NCBI GenBank assembly: GCA_900767605.1
Contig: CAAFZT010000029.1
Coordinates: forward strand, 860 to 64,859
From: Bacilli bacterium
GTDB lineage: Bacteria > Bacillota_I > Bacilli_A > RFN20 > CAG-826
Direction of reading: 5' to 3'
Length of the DNA stretch: 64,000 bases
Positions within the stretch are counted from its first letter, which is position 1, and each line of letters opens with the position of its first letter. The notes beneath the pieces are model-generated. The model had not been told where the DNA came from, searched no databases, and saw only the letters and a list, made by a program, of their open reading frames with translations. Position numbers and translations under genes: made by a program. Below, one piece after another: positions 57,418 through 64,000 of this stretch.

Positions 57418-57448
57418 GGCGCGGCGCTCCGATTAGAACGCCGCGTCC
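57418..57448 (-). terminator. GC-rich stem-loop between dnaK and dnaJ (partial terminator or processing element)
   Basis: The arms GGCGCGGCG and CGCCGCGTCC (+ strand) pair around a 12-nt loop. Only a weak T-run (TTTAT) follows on the - strand. Confidence 0.35.
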
Positions 57449-57460
57449 AACATCTAGTTT

Positions 57461-59284
57461 TTACTTCTTATCGGTGAAATCGGCATCAACGACATCGTCT
57501 GCCGTTTCATGTCCTTCCCCCGTAGAAGTCGCATTTTGAGCACCAGCAGCGGATTGTTGCTGTTGAGCCGCCATGCGCGCCGCATCTTCCAAGCGTCCGA
57601 CGATTTCGCGCAATTTCTCGATATCGTTAGCTGCGATGGCACCGGAAGCTTCATCGCGAAGTTTGGTGAGTTCTTCTTTCTGCTTGGCATCCAAAGAATC
57701 ACCTTTTTCTGAGAGCGTGCGGTTGATTTCGTCCACATAGGTTTGCGCCTTGTTTTTGATTTCAATATCGCCTTTTCTCTTTTCGTCTTCGGCTTTATGT
57801 TCCTCGGCTTCCTTCACCATGCGATCGATATCGCTCTTGGAAAGGCCATTGCTATTTTGAATCGTGATATCCGCGGTCTTTTGAGTATCGAGGTCTTTGG
57901 CCGAGACTTTGACGATACCGTTGACGTCGATGGAGAATTTCACTTCAATGCGAGGTTCGCCGCGACGAGCCGGGCGAATTCCGGAAAGTTGGAAGTGCCC
58001 GAGTAATTTGTTATCGTGGGCCATCGGACGTTCGCCTTGGTAGACCATGATATCAACAGCGGGTTGATTGTCTTCCGCCGTGGAGAAGACTTGGCTCTTC
58101 TCCGTCGGAATCGTGGTATTGCGTTGGATAAGCGGAGTCATAACCCCGCCCAAGGTTTCAATGCCGAGGGTAAGCGGGGTGACATCGAGAAGAACGACGT
58201 CTTTGACATCCCCAGCGATAACGGCCCCTTGAATCGCCGCACCAGCGGAAACCGCTTCATCTGGGTTGACCGAGAGGTTAATAGAACGACCAGAAACTTG
58301 CTTCACCATTTCTTGGACAGCTGGCATACGGGTCGAGCCACCAATCATCAAGATATCGGCAAGGTCAGAATAGGAGAGCCCAGCATCGTGCATCGCTTTT
58401 TCCATCGGAACCTTGCAACGTTCAAGTAGCGGACGGGTCAAATCTTGGAATTTAGCGCGGGTAAGCGTGGTTTCGAAGTTGATCGGACCAGAGCTGCTCA
58501 TGCCAATGAAAGGAAGAGAGATCGTCGTTTCCACCGAACTAGAAAGTTCGATTTTCGCGCGTTCAGCCGCATCAAGGAAACGTTGACGGGCCATTTTGTC
58601 GGTCAAATCAACACCATTTTGAATCTTGATTTGCGCCTGGATCCAATCCGCGATCGCGTGGTCCCAGTCGTCGCCGCCAAGTTGGGTGTCCCCGGAAGTA
58701 GAAAGAACTTCGAAGGTTCCATCGCCAATATCCAAAATCGAGACATCGAGAGTGCCGCCGCCAAGGTCGAAGACCAAGACTTTACCACTCTTATTGGTAT
58801 CTACGCCGAAGGCCAAGCAGGCCGCGGTCGGTTCGTTAATAATGCGAACAACGTCGAGTCCGGCGATGGTACCGGCATCTTTGGTCGCCTGACGTTGGGC
58901 ATCGTTGAAGTAAGCCGGAACCGTTATGACAGCCTTTTTAATTGGCTGACCAAGGTTCTTTTCGGCATAGCCCTTCATATAGGCGAGGACTTTGGAAGAG
59001 ATTTCCTGTGGGGTGAAGTCTTTATTGATGCAGTTAATGTGGAATTTCTCCGAACTGCCCATCTTCCTCTTCGCGCTGGAAACGGTATCCGGGTTGGTGA
59101 TCGCTTGACGCTTCGCCGCGTTGCCAACGATTTCTTCGCCACTTGCTTTAAAAGCAACGACGGAAGGGGTCGTATTGGTTCCTTCCGGATTGGGGATGAC
59201 TTTGACATTCCCGTCTGCTTGGCGATAGCTGATGACCGAATTGGTCGTGCCAAGGTCAATGCCAACAATAATTTCTTTTGCCAT
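57461..59284 (-). CDS. dnaK: molecular chaperone DnaK (Hsp70)
   Basis: 607 aa. [18 protein letters not shown], and other canonical Hsp70 signatures. Confidence 0.98.
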   Translation of the reverse strand: MAKEIIVGIDLGTTNSVISYRQADGNVKVIPNPEGTNTTPSVVAFKASGEEIVGNAAKRQAITNPDTVSSAKRKMGSSEKFHINCINKDFTPQEISSKVLAYMKGYAEKNLGQPIKKAVITVPAYFNDAQRQATKDAGTIAGLDVVRIINEPTAACLAFGVDTNKSGKVLVFDLGGGTLDVSILDIGDGTFEVLSTSGDTQLGGDDWDHAIADWIQAQIKIQNGVDLTDKMARQRFLDAAERAKIELSSSVETTISLPFIGMSSSGPINFETTLTRAKFQDLTRPLLERCKVPMEKAMHDAGLSYSDLADILMIGGSTRMPAVQEMVKQVSGRSINLSVNPDEAVSAGAAIQGAVIAGDVKDVVLLDVTPLTLGIETLGGVMTPLIQRNTTIPTEKSQVFSTAEDNQPAVDIMVYQGERPMAHDNKLLGHFQLSGIRPARRGEPRIEVKFSIDVNGIVKVSAKDLDTQKTADITIQNSNGLSKSDIDRMVKEAEEHKAEDEKRKGDIEIKNKAQTYVDEINRTLSEKGDSLDAKQKEELTKLRDEASGAIAANDIEKLREIVGRLEDAARMAAQQQQSAAGAQNATSTGEGHETADDVVDADFTDKK

Positions 59285-59301
59285 AATTGATTTTCTCCTT
59301 T

Positions 59302-59925
59302 TTAGGCTTCATGAGCCTTTGTTTCATTTTGAATCGGTTGAGCCTTGCTTTCCTCGCTTGATTTGGGGGCTTCTGCCACATAAACCATCGCGGCTCGAAC
59401 AAGACGATCGTGTAATTTATATCCCTTCGCTCCAACGCGGGCCACCGTGCCTTCCGGATAATCCGTTGTTGGAATTTTATCGACGGCGTGCATCGTATTC
59501 ACGTCGTAGGCATCGCCAGGTTTTGGACAGATTTCACTCACCCCTTCGCTGCTAAGAGAAGCAACGATTTGGTTGTAAATGTAACTGAATCCAATTTGGT
59601 AATTCCTCGATTCGGGGTTCGGCGCGGGGGATTCTAGCGCCATATGGAAGCTATCTAACGCTGGAAGAAGCGTATCGAGGAACCCTTCGGCCCGATAACG
59701 GATGGCGGAGTTCTTCTCTTCTTCTAGCGCTTTACGGAGATTCATCATATCCGCATAAGCTTTGTAATATTCATTTTTCCAATGATCCCGATCGGAGGAG
59801 GCTTTTTCGAATTCCTCTTGAAGTTTGTCAAATTTCGCTTTGCTTACTTTCTTTCCTTCTTCGGGGGCTTCGGCTTGCTGCTTTTGCTCGGCGGTGTCGT
59901 TGGGTTGCTTGTTTGCTTCTTGCAT
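59302..59925 (-). CDS. grpE: nucleotide exchange factor GrpE
   Basis: 207 aa. Coiled N-terminal half and a C-terminal beta domain ([14 protein letters not shown]). AAGGAG lies 10 nt upstream of the ATG. Confidence 0.9.
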   Translation of the reverse strand: MQEANKQPNDTAEQKQQAEAPEEGKKVSKAKFDKLQEEFEKASSDRDHWKNEYYKAYADMMNLRKALEEEKNSAIRYRAEGFLDTLLPALDSFHMALESPAPNPESRNYQIGFSYIYNQIVASLSSEGVSEICPKPGDAYDVNTMHAVDKIPTTDYPEGTVARVGAKGYKLHDRLVRAAMVYVAEAPKSSEESKAQPIQNETKAHEA

Positions 59926-60950
59926 TCTTCGCTTTCTCCTTTCGGTTTAAAATATTCGTCCAAGGTTTTGGTGACGTAATCAAGTAACGTCACGGCACGG
60001 TCATAATCCATTCGGGTTGGGCCCAGTAGATTCAGGGTGGCGTTTTGCCCACCTGGAATTTGGACGGTCGCGGAGACGATGGCCATGTTTTTGAGGCCCG
60101 TTTCCTCGTTTCCGATTCGCACATTCACATCTCCTTCGCTAGGAACCGCTTCTTCCATGGCTTTCCGCAATTCTTTAGGATTATCCAGAAGTGTCAGCAC
60201 GCGGCGTAATTTCTGCGCATCGTCGACGAATTCCGGCTGATCCAAGAGATTGGTTTTGCCATAGAGGTTCATGCGTTCCCCTGCAAAACGGAGGAAGGCG
60301 CCAAGCAAGGCTTGGTAAACGGCGTCTTGCCCGACCATGTAGTCGGTAAGCGCGGGTTTCATGGCTTCCATCTTCGGCACAAGGTCGCAAATCGAAGTTC
60401 CTATTAACCGTTCGCTTAAGGCGTCCACACCTTTTTTCAGTTCGCTTTGTTCCATTCCTTCGGGAAGAATGAAGGTTTTGTTTTCCACATAGCCCTTGTC
60501 GGTAACAAATACCGCCGTCGCGCTATTGGTGCCACTGGGGAAGATTTGAAGGGACACCAAGTGTTCTTCGTTAATCTTCGGACCCAGGAATACCGAGGCC
60601 AAGTTCGTCATGTTGGAGAGAATTTCGCAGCTTTGAGCAATAATCTCCTCGACGGATTGGCTCCGTTGATCCAAAACCTTTTGGAGGGCGTGCTTCACAC
60701 CATCATCGATGCGTTCTTCGCGAAGATTATCTACATAATATTGGTAACCTTTCGCAGAAGGGACGCGCCCAGCGGAGGTGTGGGGCTTCTCCAAATATCC
60801 TTCTTTCTCCAAGGATAGCATTTCATTACGGATCGTGGCACTCGAAACAGTGAGACCGTATTGTTCAATCAGGGTCTTGCTGGCCACCGGTTGAGCTGTT
60901 TTGATGTAGTGTTCAACGATCAATTTCAAGACTTGTTCACTTCTTGTCAT
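59844..60950 (-). CDS. hrcA: heat-inducible transcription repressor HrcA
   Basis: 368 aa. N-terminal wHTH (RSEQVLKLIVEHYIKTAQPVASKTL). CIRCE operators lie upstream. The C-terminal tail overlaps grpE by 82 nt. Confidence 0.9.
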   Translation of the reverse strand: MTRSEQVLKLIVEHYIKTAQPVASKTLIEQYGLTVSSATIRNEMLSLEKEGYLEKPHTSAGRVPSAKGYQYYVDNLREERIDDGVKHALQKVLDQRSQSVEEIIAQSCEILSNMTNLASVFLGPKINEEHLVSLQIFPSGTNSATAVFVTDKGYVENKTFILPEGMEQSELKKGVDALSERLIGTSICDLVPKMEAMKPALTDYMVGQDAVYQALLGAFLRFAGERMNLYGKTNLLDQPEFVDDAQKLRRVLTLLDNPKELRKAMEEAVPSEGDVNVRIGNEETGLKNMAIVSATVQIPGGQNATLNLLGPTRMDYDRAVTLLDYVTKTLDEYFKPKGESEECKKQTSNPTTPPSKSSKPKPPKKERK

Positions 60951-60966
60951 GATTTTATCACCTCAC

Positions 60967-60993
60967 CTAGCAGTCCGCACCTTTGAGTGCTAG
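60967..60993 (-). promoter_or_regulatory. CIRCE operator (HrcA binding site)
   Basis: The - strand reads CTAGCACTC-N9-GACTGCTAG, against the consensus TTAGCACTC-N9-GAGTGCTAA. It lies immediately downstream of the -10 box. Confidence 0.85.
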
Positions 60994-60997
60994 TGTC

Positions 60998-61025
60998 ATT
61001 ATAGGCGTGACTTTAGCACTGTCAA
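60998..61025 (-). promoter_or_regulatory. sigma-A promoter of the hrcA-grpE-dnaK-dnaJ operon
   Basis: The - strand reads TTGACA-N16-TATAAT, with both hexamers at consensus. GGTGAGGTGA SD precedes the hrcA ATG. Confidence 0.75.
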
Positions 61026-61039
61026 GGATTCGTTGCTAA
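61013..61039 (-). promoter_or_regulatory. second, degenerate CIRCE-like inverted repeat overlapping the -35 box
   Basis: The - strand reads TTAGCAACG-N9-CAGTGCTAA (6/9 and 8/9 matches to the consensus half-sites). Confidence 0.5.
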
Positions 61040-61042
61040 ATT

Positions 61043-62161
61043 TTATGGAATTAGTTCCAAAAGGACGGAATCGAGCAAACGAATCCCCCTTTCGCTGCAA
61101 TGAAACCGACCGCCTTCTTGGACCAAAAGGCCCGATTTCAAGCAGTTTACATAGTTGGGACAAACGGATTCAAAAGTCTTGCCAAATCGGAGTTTAAAAT
61201 CTTTTTGGTCAAACCCTTCCGCCAAACGAAGGTTGCACAGCAAAAAATAGAGCAAGTCATCATGGAGGGAAACGGTTTCTTCTTTTCTTTCAATTCGTCC
61301 TTCTTTTGCCCCTTTTATATATAAAGATAGGGATTTAGTATTCGTGTAACGAAGGGACCCGACGTAGCCAGAGGCACCAAGGCCCACCCCATAATAAGGC
61401 TCATCCTTCCAATAAACGAGGTTATGGTGGCATTCATGCCCCGGGATAGCGAAATTAGAAACTTCATAATGCCGGTATCCATGACGTTTCAAGGCCTCGA
61501 TGACGAATTCTAGCATTTCCCCTTGGACATCCTGACTCGCTTCTTGAATGCCTTTAAACGAAAAAATGGTTGCATCCTCTAAAATCAAAGAATAGGCGGA
61601 TAAGTGAGGGATTTGGAGGGAACAAAAAGCTTCGATATCTTCCTTTAGTTCTTCTAAGGTCTCTCCTGGCAAAGCATAAATTAAATCGCAATTAATGTTG
61701 GTAATTCCTTCTTTTTTAAGAAGGGAAACGGCACTTTTGGCATCTTCAAAACGATGATTTCTCCCCATGAAGGAAAGGAAAGACGGATGAGAAGATTGCA
61801 CACCAATCGAAACGCGGTTTACTCCATATTTTTTCCAAATGGCGACTTTTTCTTCTTGGCACGATTCGGGATTTGCCTCGCAACTAAATTCGCCCCCTTC
61901 TTTAAGGTAAGGCGATAAAAAAGCGAACAATGCCTCGGTTTGGTCTAAATTCAAACAACTTGGGGTCCCTCCGCCCACATAAATCGTATGAAGGCTTTTA
62001 GGAACAAGGTGAAGAGCGTTGATTTCCGAAAATAAAGCCAGCAAATAAGAATCCGCCCAGTCCGGGCGGTAATAAAGTTTCGTAAAATCGCAATAGCCAC
62101 AGATGCTTTCGCAAAAAGGGATATGAACGTAGAGAGAGGAAGGAAGAGTTTTATCCATCAA
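61043..62161 (-). CDS. hemW: radical SAM heme chaperone HemW (HemN-like)
   Basis: 372 aa. LYVHIPFCESICGYCDF radical SAM motif. Lies upstream of hrcA, as in Bacillus. Confidence 0.9.
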   Translation of the reverse strand: MMDKTLPSSLYVHIPFCESICGYCDFTKLYYRPDWADSYLLALFSEINALHLVPKSLHTIYVGGGTPSCLNLDQTEALFAFLSPYLKEGGEFSCEANPESCQEEKVAIWKKYGVNRVSIGVQSSHPSFLSFMGRNHRFEDAKSAVSLLKKEGITNINCDLIYALPGETLEELKEDIEAFCSLQIPHLSAYSLILEDATIFSFKGIQEASQDVQGEMLEFVIEALKRHGYRHYEVSNFAIPGHECHHNLVYWKDEPYYGVGLGASGYVGSLRYTNTKSLSLYIKGAKEGRIERKEETVSLHDDLLYFLLCNLRLAEGFDQKDFKLRFGKTFESVCPNYVNCLKSGLLVQEGGRFHCSERGIRLLDSVLLELIP

Positions 62162-62409
62162 TCCGAATCTTTTTTATCGTAATCCGCCATTTGCTTTTTG
62201 GCTTCCGGGTCTTCGATTGGCTCGAGCAAACGATCCAATTCTTCCGCCGCCACTTCTTTATCACTTTTGGGCTGTTCGTGGCTTTGAAATAGTTTCACGT
62301 GCTTTTTAAGCAAAATCACAATCAAGACAATAACGCCGAAAATTCCAACGATTAAAACAGGGACGGCCCAAGCGGGGAAAGAGGAAGAGAGGATGACGTT
62401 CGTTTTCAT
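62158..62409 (-). CDS. small single-pass membrane protein with acidic tail
   Basis: 83 aa. One TM helix (AVPVLIVGIFGVIVLIVILL). 4-nt overlaps with both neighbouring genes. Confidence 0.5.
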   Translation of the reverse strand: MKTNVILSSSFPAWAVPVLIVGIFGVIVLIVILLKKHVKLFQSHEQPKSDKEVAAEELDRLLEPIEDPEAKKQMADYDKKDSD

Positions 62410-63965
62410 TTGGATGATTCTCCTTTTTGATTAAGCGGGGTATAAACGAATTTGTTTTTGAATTGCAATTTTCGATAGAAGCCGTACCGAGTCAAATTGT
62501 CCATCGAAGTACGAGCGGTTTCATAGGCACAGCGCACATGGCGTTTGTAGTCCTGGATGCTATAATAGCACCCCATCGTGCAATGCGTCGCGAAAAACGA
62601 TGCTTGAGCTCGGCTAATTTGCGGATTCGTCTCGTAAATATATTTAGCGGCGTCCCGCAAATCTTTACCGGCGATTTCTTTTTTCGGAATAACAACGGCT
62701 AATTCGCCTTCGTCGATCCTTTTTTCAGGCAAAACAGGCGCAGGGCGATTCGAATTTGGCTTAGAAGGAGCTTCTTTAAATTCCGGGGTGGGCGAAGGAG
62801 TTTCCGTTTCGGCAACTTCTTCTTTTTCCACGTCGAGTTTTGGCTCTTCTACAGCAGGAACGGGAATTTCATCCTGCTTGGTTTCGGGAATCGGAGAAGG
62901 GGCGGGTTCTTCCTGAGGAATTACCTTCGAAATAGGAGTTTCCGTTTCGTTAGAAGCAGGCAAAGCGTTGATTTCACTTTGGATTCCTTCTTTTTTAATC
63001 TTTAAAAAGAAATTAAGTTCTTCGGATAAAGAAGACGAAGAACGTTCCATGAAATAATAGAAAATATAGGTGAGGTCCGCTTGACGCTGAATTTCAGAAT
63101 CCATCTCATCCCAATCAGGAGATTTAGCCAATAAATTCTCCAAAGGCAAAAGGGCGGAGCAGGGGCCAAGTTTACTTTGCGAAAGAATCGTTTTGCAGCA
63201 AAGCAAGGCCATTAAATCATTGCAGGATTCGAAGGGTTTGAGATAGTGGAAGAAATAAAGCGTAATCATCGCTTTCATCAACGGAGAAATCGCTTCGGTT
63301 CGATAGAAATACCAATAAGAGGACATGCACGCTTCAATTCGGTCTGCCGGGCATTCATCATAGACGGCTTCCAAAGACGATCTTGCATAACGGGAACGTT
63401 GGTCTTTTTCGCGGAAGAACGACACGAGCTCTCCTTCTTGACCCGTCAGCATCCCGTAAATTTCCGCCAAATAATCTTCGTTATATTCGATGCGACGCCC
63501 CGATTCGATGGCCCGCAAGACGTCACGATACCCTAAAATCGGATAATGTTCGGGATTGTCTTCTCGGTAAAGACCATTAATCATTGCCTTAAGCGTGAGA
63601 TCATCCACCGTCTTTTCGTCTAATTGAGAAGCAGCGCGAAGTAACGTCAAATAGACGGCGTTGTTCATCTTCCGCCTTTCATCGGAACGTTCCGAAATAT
63701 CGGAGAAAATTTCCTTCATTCGATTCAACCGATCTTCATAATCGGCGAATTTTCGATCTAGCGTTTGCGTAGAGGTATATCCAAGGCGACTGTTATTAAT
63801 GGAGCGTAGGAAAAGATTGCAGCGGTTTTCGTCCCGAAATTTACGGAGAATATTCCATTGGTAGTCGATCAATTGGCTGCCTAAGATGCGGCGAAGTTCG
63901 TAGCGCGTAACGTAACGCTTCTCGCAATATTCGATGCACAAATCTTCGGAACTATAACCCGCCAT
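62406..63965 (-). CDS. Fic-like domain protein with degenerate active-site motif, Pro/Glu-rich linker and C-terminal winged-helix-like domain
   Basis: 519 aa. LKPFESCNDLMAL occupies the place of the Fic motif HPFxxGNGRxxR. The C-terminus AYETARTSMDNLTRYGFYRKLQFKNKFVYTPL resembles the wHTH of Fic family proteins. Assignment is by eye only. Confidence 0.5.
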   Translation of the reverse strand: MAGYSSEDLCIEYCEKRYVTRYELRRILGSQLIDYQWNILRKFRDENRCNLFLRSINNSRLGYTSTQTLDRKFADYEDRLNRMKEIFSDISERSDERRKMNNAVYLTLLRAASQLDEKTVDDLTLKAMINGLYREDNPEHYPILGYRDVLRAIESGRRIEYNEDYLAEIYGMLTGQEGELVSFFREKDQRSRYARSSLEAVYDECPADRIEACMSSYWYFYRTEAISPLMKAMITLYFFHYLKPFESCNDLMALLCCKTILSQSKLGPCSALLPLENLLAKSPDWDEMDSEIQRQADLTYIFYYFMERSSSSLSEELNFFLKIKKEGIQSEINALPASNETETPISKVIPQEEPAPSPIPETKQDEIPVPAVEEPKLDVEKEEVAETETPSPTPEFKEAPSKPNSNRPAPVLPEKRIDEGELAVVIPKKEIAGKDLRDAAKYIYETNPQISRAQASFFATHCTMGCYYSIQDYKRHVRCAYETARTSMDNLTRYGFYRKLQFKNKFVYTPLNQKGESSK

Positions 63966-63990
63966 TTTGTAACCTCTTGTCTTTAGAAAT

Positions 63991-63996
63991 ATTATA
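63991..63996 (-). promoter_or_regulatory. candidate -10 box (TATAAT) upstream of the Fic-like gene
   Basis: The - strand reads TATAAT-N15-AGAGG-N7-ATG. Any -35 box would lie outside the window. Confidence 0.3.
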
Positions 63997-64000
63997 AAAA

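Noticed and set aside
58445-59290. A 281-aa ORF on the + strand, antisense to dnaK. There are further + strand ORFs at 57743..58429.
   Set aside because: It lies entirely inside the strongly supported dnaK gene. Its composition is Arg/Gly-rich, as expected of shadow frames opposite a highly expressed gene. It has no start context.
1-64000. I checked for the Mollicute-type genetic code (TGA = Trp), CRISPR arrays, rRNA/tRNA genes, IS elements and phage integrases.
   Set aside because: Conserved genes are full-length under the standard code and several end in TGA. I noticed no spaced direct-repeat arrays, no tRNA-like cloverleaf candidates in the few long gaps, and no transposase-like ORFs. The only tyrosine recombinase is the housekeeping xerD.

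Overview
This is a core-chromosome window from a low-GC bacterium of Bacillota/Mycoplasmatota type (about 40% GC, judged by eye). It uses the standard genetic code: TGA is a stop, for example at the ends of secDF and tkt. I call about 60 protein genes. Nearly all are housekeeping genes, in blocks that follow Bacillus subtilis gene order: obg; ruvAB; secDF-recJ-rel-hisS-aspS; tkt; asp23-nusB-xseAB-dxs; dinB; xerD-deoB; yqeG-yqeH-yhbY-nadD/yqeK-rsfS; parEC with divergent plsY; yneF-efp; rpmG; ispG; cshB-like helicase; ispH; trmK; dnaG-rpoD; glyQS; recO-era-cdd-ybeY; deoC; rpmF; hemW-hrcA-grpE-dnaK-dnaJ-rsmE-mtaB. I saw no rRNA, tRNA, CRISPR array, transposase or prophage. Every gene from 83 to 24384 is on the + strand. 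From 24862 onward almost every gene is on the - strand. The 477-bp AT-rich gap between the two blocks contains a 28-bp dif-like Xer site, with xerD 3.5 kb away, so the window probably spans the replication terminus. The most unusual content is: (1) a pair of membrane proteins upstream of ybeY, combining an apparently intact C39 peptidase plus ABC-exporter-like TM domain with a truncated ABC ATPase domain whose ATP motifs are all lost and which carries four extra TM helices; (2) a divergent sigma-70 paralogue directly after rpoD that lacks the conserved -10 melting residues; (3) a Fic-like protein with a degenerate active-site motif, plus a small membrane protein, coupled to hemW; (4) an AT-rich islet after plsY with small orphan ORFs, a long hairpin and a structured element between two intrinsic terminators; (5) a TTAGTA-N5-TTAGTA direct-repeat box seen in three intergenic sites. 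All family assignments come from reading motifs by eye. No database search was run.
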